Below, piece by piece: positions 37,565-46,378 of a DNA stretch of 64,000 nt. The notes under the pieces were generated by a model, which saw only the letters and a list, made by a program, of their open reading frames with translations, did no database searches and had not been told where the DNA came from. Positions within the stretch are counted from its first letter, which is position 1. Each line of letters begins with the position of its first letter. Source of the DNA: a candidate division WS1 bacterium (lineage in GTDB: Bacteria; Armatimonadota; Zipacnadia; Zipacnadales; UBA5352); assembly GCA_012522765.1 (NCBI GenBank), contig JAAYJW010000331.1:2331-66330 (forward strand), written 5' to 3'. The position numbers and the translations under genes are program-made.

Positions 37565-38542
37565 CTACTGCGGCGGCGGAACCGGCAGCAGTGACGGAGA
37601 CTGCGGCGGCGGTGCGCTCTGCAGCATCTCAAGCGTCGCCTCGCGCAGATTCTCGTCGTTGATCCTGATAGCCGCCCCACGGCGCGCCTCGTGGATCCAG
37701 TCGGCGCGGGCATAAGGCAGCTTCGCCCGCACGATGCGCGCCTGTATCTCGTCGCGCGCTTCCTCGAGCGGCCGATAGCCCGCCCCGGCCCGGTCCTCGA
37801 TCTTCAGGATCGCCCAGCCGTCGGGCACCTCGATTGGCCCGGAAACCTGCCCCGGCTCCATCTCGAAGGCCACGTCGGTGATGGCGCGAGTGTAGTCATC
37901 GCGCTGGAACCAGCCCATGTCGCCGCCCTGTTCGGCAGTCGCCGAGTCGATCGAAAGCGCCTGCGCCAGTCCCTCGAAATCGCCACCGGCCTTGAGCGTT
38001 TCGTCTATCGCCTCAGCGTCCTCTTTGCTCCCCACGAGGATCAGGCGGCCCTTCATCCGCTCGCCAAGTCGGTAGTCCTCCCGCTGCTCGCGGTAGAAGT
38101 CGGCGATCTCCTGGTCGGCGATGGTCATCGCCGCCCGCGCGAGCTTGTCCAGCAGCAGGTCCGTCCGAAGCTGCTCGCGGTATTGCTCGCTGCTGACATT
38201 GCGGCGCTGGAGGATCGCGAGCATGTCGGCCTCGGAGCCCGCCTCGGCCATCGCACGCTGCCAGCGGAGGTCCATCTCATCGTCGGAGGCAGTCAGATCG
38301 GCTGCGGCGGCCGCCTGGTGGATCAACTGGGTGTCTATCAGGTCAACCAGCACCGCCGGACCGCGGCGCATGCGCAGTTCATCGAGCAGGTCGCCGGCGG
38401 TGATGGCGGTGCCATCAATGCGCGCCACCACAGCCCGCTCCTCAGCGGGAGTGCATGATGTCAGTGCTGCCGCGGAGAGGACCACCGCGGCGACAAGTAG
38501 ACAGCTTCGGATCATCCTCAGTGACAGCGTCATCCGGCACAA
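37565..38542 (-). CDS. SurA/PrsA-like peptidyl-prolyl isomerase lipoprotein (parvulin)
   Basis: Lipobox LTSC. PpiC-type domain GRLILVGSKEDAE...GGDMGWFQRDDY...GQVSGPIEVPDGWAILKIEDR. Confidence 0.8.
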   Translation of the reverse strand: MCRMTLSLRMIRSCLLVAAVVLSAAALTSCTPAEERAVVARIDGTAITAGDLLDELRMRRGPAVLVDLIDTQLIHQAAAAADLTASDDEMDLRWQRAMAEAGSEADMLAILQRRNVSSEQYREQLRTDLLLDKLARAAMTIADQEIADFYREQREDYRLGERMKGRLILVGSKEDAEAIDETLKAGGDFEGLAQALSIDSATAEQGGDMGWFQRDDYTRAITDVAFEMEPGQVSGPIEVPDGWAILKIEDRAGAGYRPLEEARDEIQARIVRAKLPYARADWIHEARRGAAIRINDENLREATLEMLQSAPPPQSPSLLPVPPPQ

Positions 38543-38549
38543 CGCCCCT

Positions 38550-38828
38550 TCACGTGCCCTCTTCGCGAGAGGCCACTCGGATCAGTCTACCGTTACTCTC
38601 GTAGAACCACGCGGAGCCTCCGCCCTCCTCGACCCATTCGAGGAGGCGTTCGAGCAACTCATAGCCCCAGAAGTAGCCGGGAAGCTCCTCGGCATACTCG
38701 ATGACAACCACCGACGGCCGCACCTCTACCCAGCCGCGCAGATCGCGCTCGGGCGTGCGGACGGAGCGGACGATCAGCCGCTTGCCGACCGCCTCTTCGA
38801 CCTGGGCGATGCGGGCGTCGATATCCAC
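38550..38828 (-). CDS. Small hypothetical protein (GTG start)
   Basis: The only non-R-rich, well-composed part of track ORF 38550..39041 begins at GTG 38826-38828, which is preceded by an AGGAAG RBS. Sequence VDIDARIAQVEEAVGKRLIVRSVRTPERDLRGW... with no known motif. Confidence 0.4.
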   Translation of the reverse strand: MDIDARIAQVEEAVGKRLIVRSVRTPERDLRGWVEVRPSVVVIEYAEELPGYFWGYELLERLLEWVEEGGGSAWFYESNGRLIRVASREEGT

Positions 38829-38910
38829 AGGCGACTTCCTCGAACATTCAGGCTCCTGCGGGACGCATCTGCCGTTGAGATGCGTCGGCCGTTGCCGTTT
38901 ACAGAACAAC

Positions 38911-38960
38911 CGCGTCGCTTCGCGCCGCCCCCTGCGAGGGCGCAGGGGCCACACAACGAC
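38911..38960. repeat. REP-like palindromic element (copy 2)
   Basis: cgcgtcgcttcgcgccgccccctgcgagggcgcaggggccacacaacgac, followed by CAACGGC-rich low-complexity sequence up to about 39170. Confidence 0.6.
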
Positions 38961-39171
38961 TCCGGCAACGGCAAACGACAACTGCGACGGCACAGGTCGG
39001 CACGGGGGCCGACCTCTCCAACGGCACACGACGCATGCCAACGGCTACGGCGACGACAACGGCCCACGGGCGAGGGCGCCCGTGGCACATGATGGACGTA
39101 AGTCTGCCGCGAGCCGTCGCCGTCGCTGTCGTTTCTTTCGTTGCTTCCGCTGCCTTCGTTGCTGCCGTTCG

Positions 39172-39540
39172 CTACACCCGCACCGCCTCGGTGACCTGCG
39201 TGTCATTGTGCTCATACGGCGGCGAACAGGCGCAAAGGATCACCAGCGGCTCGATGCCGGTAGCGGTCACGCGGTGTTCGGCGCCGGGCACAATCAGTCG
39301 CGCATCGCCAGGCCCGACCTCCTCGACTTCGCCGCCGATCTCCAGCATCCCCTGCCCCGAGAGCACATAGTAAATCTCCTCCGCCTCCGCGTGCCGGTGG
39401 CGAAGAGTGCTTCTGCCACTCTCAATAACGGCCCGGGCGAGGCTGAGGTTCCGGGATCCCTCCCGCTCAGGCCGAATAAGCTCGAGAATCCGCGAACCAT
39501 CGAGGGTAGTGTACTCTTCCGCGTCGCCCGCCGCAGGCAT
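39172..39540 (-). CDS. Cupin-domain protein
   Basis: Cupin motifs HRHAEAEEIYYVLSG and PGAEHRV. Lies 7 nt downstream of DUF3604 paralogue 2. Confidence 0.8.
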   Translation of the reverse strand: MPAAGDAEEYTTLDGSRILELIRPEREGSRNLSLARAVIESGRSTLRHRHAEAEEIYYVLSGQGMLEIGGEVEEVGPGDARLIVPGAEHRVTATGIEPLVILCACSPPYEHNDTQVTEAVRV

Positions 39541-39546
39541 CGCTCT

Positions 39547-41025
39547 CTACCTCCCGACCCACACCGGCGAGGTCCACGCCATCTGCCCGTTGGCCTGCGT
39601 CACGCGCACGTAGTAGTAGTCGGCGCCCTCGCCCGAGCCCTCGTCTTCAATCTCCAGCGACGCCTCATAGCTCTCAGGCAGCACGAGGCGATCGATCTGC
39701 ACGTTCTCGGTAGTGAACGCGCCGGTGAAGGCCGTCTCAGACTGCGCCGCAAGTTCCCCGAGCGTGCGCTCGATCGTCAGCGATGAAGGCCGCGTCACCC
39801 GCAGCGTCACCTGCGCATCCGCGGGGCCTGCGATCTCGAAGTACATGCGCTTGGTCGGGTCCTCCGCCAGCGCACCCTCGCGCGCGGTGAAGGACTGCCA
39901 GCGGCACGCGCTGTCGCTTCTCTCGAGCACCCGGTCGCGGCGATATTCCTCATAGGGAGCCGCCTGCCACGCGGGCACTGCGTTGACGATGGTAGCGCCA
40001 TCGAGCCGCAGTTCCATCTCCCAGTCGCAGGTGCGCGGCATCGAGAGCGTCGCCCACGGTCCCCAGCCGTAGCGGACATGGCAGCGCGCCCTGCCGGGCC
40101 ATGGATCGAGCGCCGGCTTCTGCTTGCCGAAGGCCCGCGCGATCGGCTCCCCGTTGCGGATAAGCTCGACCATGCTGATCTCATCCCAGCCGATGACGCT
40201 CACGGCGATCTCGCGCACATCGCTCGCCTCAAGCTCGCTGCCCATCGGCTGCCCATTCACGCTGAAGTCGATCTCGATGCGGTCGCCCGAGACGGCGTAG
40301 CAGCGGCGCTTGCGCAGGGCGTCGAAGATCGCCTCGCGCGTGAGTTCCGGCGCTATCACCGCGGCTATGCCCTCGCCCCACGCTCCGGGATAACCGAGGT
40401 GATCGTCGGTCGAGCCGACGCAGCCGAGCCGCATGCCCTGATCGAGCGCCCACTGCCATGTGCTGGAAGTAGCGCGGCCGCCCATCGAGTGGCGGATGTA
40501 GTCGTGCAGGCCGCGGTCCCGCTCGGCGCCTCCGTGCTCGGAGATGATCTCAGCGATCGGCGAGAGGTCGGTATCCACGTGCTCCCACATCTGCCCGCGC
40601 CAGAGGCGGGGGTAGCCAGGGTGGTGGGGAATGAGCAGCGCGCCCATCTTCCGCGCGTAAGCCTTCAGCCCATCGAGCGTGGCGAAGTAGCGCAGTTCGC
40701 CGGAATCGTCGGGGAAGACGATGTGATAGTCGCCCCACGAGATCGAGTGGAACTCCCATCCGGGGAAGGTGACGAACTCGCCGGGACGGTAGTAGCTGCG
40801 CGTGAGGCGCTGCACCTCGGGCCACTGCGCGCGCAGATCGGCGAAGCCATGCACCCACTTCATGTGCGCGTTCTGCGGCATCACGGGCATGTCGGGCCAT
40901 TGCGAATGCCCGGCGTGCGCGAAGAAGTCGAGGTGCTCGCGGGCTATCTCAAACGATCGTGCGAGCGATCCCTTCGCGTAGCCCGCGGCATTGTGATTGT
41001 GCAGGTCGCCCCAGTAGATCGGCAT
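39547..41025 (-). CDS. DUF3604 family protein (paralogue 2)
   Basis: Starts directly at MPIYWGDLHNHN (GGGAGGA RBS). Motifs PGEFVTFPGWEFHS and GADYYYVRVTQANGQMAWTSPVWVGR. Confidence 0.75.
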   Translation of the reverse strand: MPIYWGDLHNHNAAGYAKGSLARSFEIAREHLDFFAHAGHSQWPDMPVMPQNAHMKWVHGFADLRAQWPEVQRLTRSYYRPGEFVTFPGWEFHSISWGDYHIVFPDDSGELRYFATLDGLKAYARKMGALLIPHHPGYPRLWRGQMWEHVDTDLSPIAEIISEHGGAERDRGLHDYIRHSMGGRATSSTWQWALDQGMRLGCVGSTDDHLGYPGAWGEGIAAVIAPELTREAIFDALRKRRCYAVSGDRIEIDFSVNGQPMGSELEASDVREIAVSVIGWDEISMVELIRNGEPIARAFGKQKPALDPWPGRARCHVRYGWGPWATLSMPRTCDWEMELRLDGATIVNAVPAWQAAPYEEYRRDRVLERSDSACRWQSFTAREGALAEDPTKRMYFEIAGPADAQVTLRVTRPSSLTIERTLGELAAQSETAFTGAFTTENVQIDRLVLPESYEASLEIEDEGSGEGADYYYVRVTQANGQMAWTSPVWVGR

Positions 41026-41117
41026 GTCTGGTCCTCCCGATGAATGACCGAAGGGGCCGGACTCGGCCGCTCCCATCGAGCGTCCTCGTGCGGCCCCTCC
41101 TCGTCTTCAGTCTCAGA

Positions 41118-43175
41118 CTACCCCACGTTGAGCTTCGCGATGTAATCCTGAAGCTCGCTCTGCAGATTGTTGCGCTGCGTGGTGAGGTCGTCGATCTCCT
41201 TGCGCACCCGGTCGAACTCGTCCTCCTGCTCCGTGAGCTTCGTCACGTAGCGGGTGTAGAGTTCGCTGTCACGGTCAAGCTGCTCCATGTTCTGCCGGAT
41301 GCGGTCCTGCTCCTCGCCGATCTGCTCCAGGCGTGCCTGCCGTGTCGCAATCTCGCGCTCGATGCCGGCGATCTGCTGCTTCATCTGTATGATTTGCTCC
41401 AGCGCGGCCTTCACGTCGGCCGGAAGCTCGCGCCACTGCAGATAGTAGCCGACCCGATCGATGCTCTCTGAGGTCAGCGCAACGCGCTCGGTGATCGGCT
41501 GGCGCATCTTGACGGTGAGCTTCTCAGTGGCGCCAGCAGGCACCTCGACCTCGATGCGGTAGAGGTCACGGGTGGTCTCGGCCGCCTCCGCCGGCTCAAC
41601 AAGCTCCCAGCCGCCTCGGCGCGGGTGCTCGATCAGCACCGTCCGCGCCTCTTCGGCGTTGTTCTTGATCGTATACTCGATGTCGTTTGTCTGCGTAAGC
41701 TGCGCGATCAGCACGCCGTTGACGATCTTGATCGACTCGCGAGTCTGATCGCCGCCCTTAGCCTCCGGGGCGACCTCAACCGCGGTGTCCATCGCGTAGC
41801 TGATCAGGCGCTTGTCGCCGGGGCCAAGGTCATCCACCAGCGCGTCGCCCGCGTAGGCGCCGCCGTCGAAGACGGTGATCGCCCCACCCATAAGCGCGAG
41901 GCCCGTGGAGTTGGTCAGCCGCAGTCCGTGCATCGGATACTTCGAGTTTGCCTGCGGGCTGTAGATGGAGAGCTTGTCGGTCTCGACCGGCTGGTTGACG
42001 ATCGGGATCATCGCCGAGCCCTGGCGGTTGATCGAGATCGGCTGGTTGATGGCGTAGTGGAACATCTCGCCGACTTCCTCGCCCGCCGCGGCGGCTGCGA
42101 TGCCTGTGCCCGCAAGCGCATCGGCCGCAATGCCGCCGCCGAAGCCGCCTGGTGCGCCGGGTGCGGCCATACCGACCCCGCTGTCCATCATACTCATCGA
42201 AGGCGCGGGAGCGGCCATACGCGCCATCGCACGCTCCTCTTCGGGTTCCTTGGCACCCTCGTCCGCCTCAGCTTCCTCCAGCGCCGCGCCGTACATCCGC
42301 GGACGCGCAGCCACCTGCGTCTGCACCGGGACCTCTGGCCGGTCCACGTAGACCGGCTGGTAGAGGTCCTGCGTGAAGCTCACGGGGCGGCCGGAGACGA
42401 GCGCGAGGTTGACCTGCTCCCAGTCGGTGTCGGTCGTGTTCTCCACGATCGCCCAGCCCTGCAGGAAGCTCTCGCCACGATCCGCGACGAGGCGGTACGT
42501 GGTTTTCCAGACCGGGGTCTCGAGCAGGTAGCCCACGGACACCTGCCGCGCACCCTGGCCGTTGAAATGCAGTTCCACTCCGCGCTTGGAGACGTCGCGG
42601 TTGGCGGCGATCGCGGCGAGCGCCTTGCGCAGGTCGGTGGAGAGTTCGTCGCTGATCAGCCTGGCGTCCCTGATATGCCAGATCGCGACCTGCTGCATCC
42701 CCGCGTCGGTGACGATGTTGACGACCTCGAAGCGAACCACGTTATCCTCGACCGTCTTCTCCTGCCACTCAGTGCCGAGGATCGTGCCGCGAACTTCCTT
42801 GCCATCATTTGTGGTGATGGCGACTTCCGCACCCCGCAGGCGCGAGAGAAGCTCACCGAGGGAAGGCTCATCCGCGATATCCACCGCGAAGGACCCGAGG
42901 GTGCGCTCCAGTGGGTCGCGCGGGGCGTAGGTCACGGGGCCGATTGTGCCGCCGGAAAGGTCCTGCAGCACCATCGACTTGAGGATGTCGTTGATCTGCT
43001 CGGCACGGAATGAAAGCTCGACCGACTGGTCGTCTCTCACCATGCCCTCATGCTGGAAGAACCCCACGCCGCTGGAGTAGAGCACGACGTGGCTGAGCGG
43101 CAGGTCGGCAGCGAATGCACCGCCCGCGGCAGTCGCCATTATGACCACACCTATCAACAGTGGATTGAACCTCAT
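41118..43175 (-). CDS. Secreted DUF4139-like coiled-coil protein (685 aa)
   Basis: Start MRFNPLLIGVVIMATAAGGAFA with a strong AAGGAGG RBS. The 200-aa R-rich extension in the track is rejected. VSVGYLLETPVWKTTYRLV resembles the DUF4139 core, assigned from memory and not searched. C-terminal 120-aa coiled coil. Confidence 0.55.
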   Translation of the reverse strand: MRFNPLLIGVVIMATAAGGAFAADLPLSHVVLYSSGVGFFQHEGMVRDDQSVELSFRAEQINDILKSMVLQDLSGGTIGPVTYAPRDPLERTLGSFAVDIADEPSLGELLSRLRGAEVAITTNDGKEVRGTILGTEWQEKTVEDNVVRFEVVNIVTDAGMQQVAIWHIRDARLISDELSTDLRKALAAIAANRDVSKRGVELHFNGQGARQVSVGYLLETPVWKTTYRLVADRGESFLQGWAIVENTTDTDWEQVNLALVSGRPVSFTQDLYQPVYVDRPEVPVQTQVAARPRMYGAALEEAEADEGAKEPEEERAMARMAAPAPSMSMMDSGVGMAAPGAPGGFGGGIAADALAGTGIAAAAAGEEVGEMFHYAINQPISINRQGSAMIPIVNQPVETDKLSIYSPQANSKYPMHGLRLTNSTGLALMGGAITVFDGGAYAGDALVDDLGPGDKRLISYAMDTAVEVAPEAKGGDQTRESIKIVNGVLIAQLTQTNDIEYTIKNNAEEARTVLIEHPRRGGWELVEPAEAAETTRDLYRIEVEVPAGATEKLTVKMRQPITERVALTSESIDRVGYYLQWRELPADVKAALEQIIQMKQQIAGIEREIATRQARLEQIGEEQDRIRQNMEQLDRDSELYTRYVTKLTEQEDEFDRVRKEIDDLTTQRNNLQSELQDYIAKLNVG

Positions 43176-43246
43176 GTGCAGGACCTCCTTGGTAGTGAAC
43201 GAAACCGGTGAGCCGGAACGTGACAGGCGGCAAGTGACGGCACAAC

Positions 43247-43277
43247 GGCGGCGGGGTACAAGCCCCCGCCCTATAAC
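43247..43277. repeat. REP-like hairpin GGCGGGGTACAAGCCCCCGCCC (module B)
   Basis: Near-identical to 50646-50670. Perfect 8-bp GC stem with TACAAG loop. Confidence 0.55.
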
Positions 43278-43282
43278 ATCTC

Positions 43283-44395
43283 CTACGCCCTCTTCATTGC
43301 GCCGAGGACGTTGGCGGCGCTGGCGAGATAGAGCCTCCCGTCGGCCTCCGTCTCGTTTACCCACTCGGGAGCGTCTTCCTGCTCCAGCAGGTCCGCCGCG
43401 TCCTCCAGCAGCATTACGGCCGTGGCGTGGTCGTAGCGATCCAGCACCATCGCCGCCCAGCCTGTCGCCACCGGCCAGTAGCCGCCGTTTTGATAGGTGC
43501 CGCGCGGGTAGTCGGCGAGCATCTGCTGCCAGTAGCGCGGAGCAGGCAGATGACGTACCGCGCCGCGCAGGAAGCAGCGGTCGTAGTGGTCGAAGAGCCA
43601 CTCCCCCACGCGCACGGTCTGCGTCTTGCTCAGCGCCCGGACCACTCCCGCATACGTGCTGCCCCACAGGTCGATCTGATTGCACTCGACGCTGGCGGCG
43701 TGCATCATCCCGTTGCGCTCGTCGCGGAAGTCGCTCATCCGCTGCGAGGCCTTGTCCGCCATCTCGAACCATGTGTGGGCCGCGTCATGGTCCTCGATCC
43801 GCTGGCACATCTTCGCGAGGATCATGCACGCTTCCCAGTAGAGCAGCGAGGAGTAGAGCACCTCGCCGGTCATGCCTACCGTGTCGGTGAAGCCGTAGCT
43901 TGAGTGCGGGTTGGCAGGATCTATCCAGACGAGGTGGTCGTCGGACAGCGGGAGTGTCTCCATGGCGTCCATGATGGCGTTCTTGTGCCGGTCCAGCAGC
44001 TCAAAGTCACGGGTATGATCGGTGTAGGCGTCGATGAGCTTGACCGCGAACTGCGCGTTGTCGGTGGGCGGCTTGTCGCCGTGGATGGTGTAGCGGGCGC
44101 GGCCGTCGGTGTAGACGCAGTTGGCCATCAGGCCATCCTCGCGCTGCCCAGCCATGAGGAAGTCGATCGCGGCGGCCATCTCTTCGGGCGGGATGAGCCG
44201 CCCCGCGCCCTCGACGGCGTAGCAGAAGTCGCGGAAGTAGATGCGCCCCGGGTACTTCCCCGCGCCATCGGGCTGGAAGATCCAGGTGCCGTCATCGGCC
44301 TTGATGCGGGCGGCGTCGAGACACTTCTTCGTCACTGCCTCGACGCGATCAACTACGCTGCTTTCTATCTCGACGGGTCTGAGGAAATGTTTCAT
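43283..44395 (-). CDS. Putative (alpha/alpha)6-barrel glycoside-hydrolase-like protein
   Basis: Helical repeat composition with Trp/Tyr-rich NGGYWPVATGWAAMVL, typical of six-hairpin glycosidases. Family not assignable by eye. Confidence 0.45.
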   Translation of the reverse strand: MKHFLRPVEIESSVVDRVEAVTKKCLDAARIKADDGTWIFQPDGAGKYPGRIYFRDFCYAVEGAGRLIPPEEMAAAIDFLMAGQREDGLMANCVYTDGRARYTIHGDKPPTDNAQFAVKLIDAYTDHTRDFELLDRHKNAIMDAMETLPLSDDHLVWIDPANPHSSYGFTDTVGMTGEVLYSSLLYWEACMILAKMCQRIEDHDAAHTWFEMADKASQRMSDFRDERNGMMHAASVECNQIDLWGSTYAGVVRALSKTQTVRVGEWLFDHYDRCFLRGAVRHLPAPRYWQQMLADYPRGTYQNGGYWPVATGWAAMVLDRYDHATAVMLLEDAADLLEQEDAPEWVNETEADGRLYLASAANVLGAMKRA

Positions 44396-44495
44396 GGGTG
44401 TAGCGTGAGCCTCCTGCGCGTCAATGCGCCCAACGCCACCGTGCTTGACGGAGCGACGGGCATCGGGGTTCCATGCAAGGAGCGACTACTTCTTC

Positions 44496-45425
44496 TTAAG
44501 CCTGATCCGCCGCCACTGCTCCCACGAGGTCAGCGATGCGCGCGACGTCATGGCGGCGGCAGTAGGCGGCGATGCCGTCAATGACCTGGTGCATGGCGGC
44601 CGGTTCGACGAAGTTCGCGGTGCCCACTGCGACACCGGTCGCGCCGGCGAGGATGAGCTCCAGCGCGTCGCCCGCGTTCATCACGCCGCCCATGCCGATC
44701 AGCGGCAAGTCAACCGCCCGCGCCACCTCGTAGATCATGCGGACGGCGACCGGCCGCACGGCGGGCCCGGAGAGGCCGCCGGTCACGTTACCAAGGTGCG
44801 GGAGGCGGCGCTCGACGTCAATGCTCATGCCGAGCAAAGTGTTGATGAGCGAGAGCGCGTCCGCACCGGCCTGCTCGGCGGCACGAGCGATCACGGTGAT
44901 GTCCGTCACGTTCGGCGAGAGCTTCACGATCACCGGCAGGTCAGTGGCCGCGCATACCGCCTCGGTCAGCCGCCCGGTCATGTCGCAGTCCACGCCAAAG
45001 GTCATCCCCTCTTCCTGCACGTTTGGGCAGGAGATGTTGACCTCCAGCGCGTCCACTCCGTCTATCGACAGCATCTCCGCCAGACGCGCGAACTCCTCCA
45101 CGCTCCGGCCAGAGATGTTGACGATCACCGGCACCCCGAATCGTTGCAGCGCCGGCAGCTTGTCGTCGATGAAGACTTCAGCACCGGGGTTCTGCAGGCC
45201 GATCGCGTTGAGCATCCCGGCGGGCGTCTCACGCACACGCGGCTGTGGGTTGCCCTCGCGCGGCTCAAGCGTCACGGCCTTGGTGACGATCGCGCCAAGC
45301 TGCGAAAGATCGAGGTAGGGCTCGTACTCGACACCGTAGCCGAAGGTGCCTGAGGCGGACATGACGGGATTCTGCAGATGCAATCCGGCTATCTCGACCG
45401 AGAGGTCGGGGCAGGTGACGGTCAT
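44496..45425 (-). CDS. pyrD: Dihydroorotate dehydrogenase catalytic subunit (class 1B)
   Basis: [35 protein letters not shown]. Start MTVTCPDLS overlaps the pyrK stop (ATGA). Confidence 0.9.
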   Translation of the reverse strand: MTVTCPDLSVEIAGLHLQNPVMSASGTFGYGVEYEPYLDLSQLGAIVTKAVTLEPREGNPQPRVRETPAGMLNAIGLQNPGAEVFIDDKLPALQRFGVPVIVNISGRSVEEFARLAEMLSIDGVDALEVNISCPNVQEEGMTFGVDCDMTGRLTEAVCAATDLPVIVKLSPNVTDITVIARAAEQAGADALSLINTLLGMSIDVERRLPHLGNVTGGLSGPAVRPVAVRMIYEVARAVDLPLIGMGGVMNAGDALELILAGATGVAVGTANFVEPAAMHQVIDGIAAYCRRHDVARIADLVGAVAADQA

Positions 45426-46219
45426 CGGCGCTTCATCCTCTCCCAGTCGATCTCCGTGGCATCGAACACCGGCCCATCGGCGCAGACGCGGACGTAGCCG
45501 CCCGCGCTGGCCGGAACCGCGCAACCGAGGCAGGCGCCGACGCCGCAGCCCATCCACTGCTCCATCGAGACGTAGCAGGGGACGCCTGCATCGCGGCAGA
45601 TGCGGGCGACCGCGGCGAGCATGCCGTCGGGGCCGCAGGCGTAGACATGCTGAGGCCGGTCGCGCTCAAGCTCAGGCGCCAGCACATCCGTCACGAGGCC
45701 GGTCTCTCCCGCGCTGCCATCCTCTGTCACCGCGGTGAACTCATCGCAGCGAGCGGCGAACTCCGTCCAGCACACGAGGGCCTCCTGGTTCGCGGCGCCG
45801 AAGATGGAGCGCACGTAGGGCTGGCGCTCCATCAGCCGCAGGCCATCGGCGAAGAAGATCAACGGTGCGACGCCAATGCCGCCCGCGACCAGCACTACGT
45901 CTTCGCCACCCGCGGGTGCCTCCCAGCCATTGCCCAGCGGCCCGAGCAGGTCGTAAGCCACGCCCTCATCGTGGGTTGCGATGATCCCGGTTCCGCGTCC
46001 GACGGTGCGCACGAGTATCTGCACCTCGCCGGTCTCCGGCTGGGCCAGCAGGATGGAGAACGGGCGCCTCAGCAGCGGGTCCGTCCCATCGCCGATGCGC
46101 AGGTGGACGAACTGCCCCGGTTGCGCCGCCTTCGCGACTTCCGGGCAATCCAGCGTAAGCAGATAGTGACCCGAAACTACTTCCTCCCGGTGCCTCAGTA
46201 TTGCGGTCGCTCGTGGCAT
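45422..46219 (-). CDS. pyrK: Dihydroorotate dehydrogenase electron-transfer subunit
   Basis: FAD/NAD-binding ferredoxin-reductase fold (RRPFSI, GGIGVAP). C-terminal 2Fe-2S Cys cluster CGVGACLGC...C. Confidence 0.88.
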   Translation of the reverse strand: MPRATAILRHREEVVSGHYLLTLDCPEVAKAAQPGQFVHLRIGDGTDPLLRRPFSILLAQPETGEVQILVRTVGRGTGIIATHDEGVAYDLLGPLGNGWEAPAGGEDVVLVAGGIGVAPLIFFADGLRLMERQPYVRSIFGAANQEALVCWTEFAARCDEFTAVTEDGSAGETGLVTDVLAPELERDRPQHVYACGPDGMLAAVARICRDAGVPCYVSMEQWMGCGVGACLGCAVPASAGGYVRVCADGPVFDATEIDWERMKRR

Positions 46220-46378
46220 CTCTCACCTCGGATCGAACCGTTGCCTCCGCTGTCGCAGAAAGCCGGGCGGACTTTGCTTCTATTCGCCTCGCGCGGCCGA
46301 CAGTCCTTGCGCATGGCAGGTCTCCTCTTCCGCGGCGCGAACTGAATCCCGTTCACGAAGAACAAGGAGGCACCCATC

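Noticed and set aside
41625-43013. 462-aa plus-strand ORF
   Set aside because: Antisense to the DUF4139-like gene, which has a strong RBS and signal peptide. Composition artefact.
43176-43772. 200-aa N-terminal extension of track ORF 41118..43772 (MVRDGGQGLAADERLPRR...)
   Set aside because: Extremely Arg/Gly-rich. It runs through the REP hairpin at 43247-43277. The downstream Met at 43175 has a perfect AAGGAGG RBS and a signal peptide. Similar spurious extensions were trimmed for the ORFs at 30816, 10387, 44496, 54483, 55862 and 57763.
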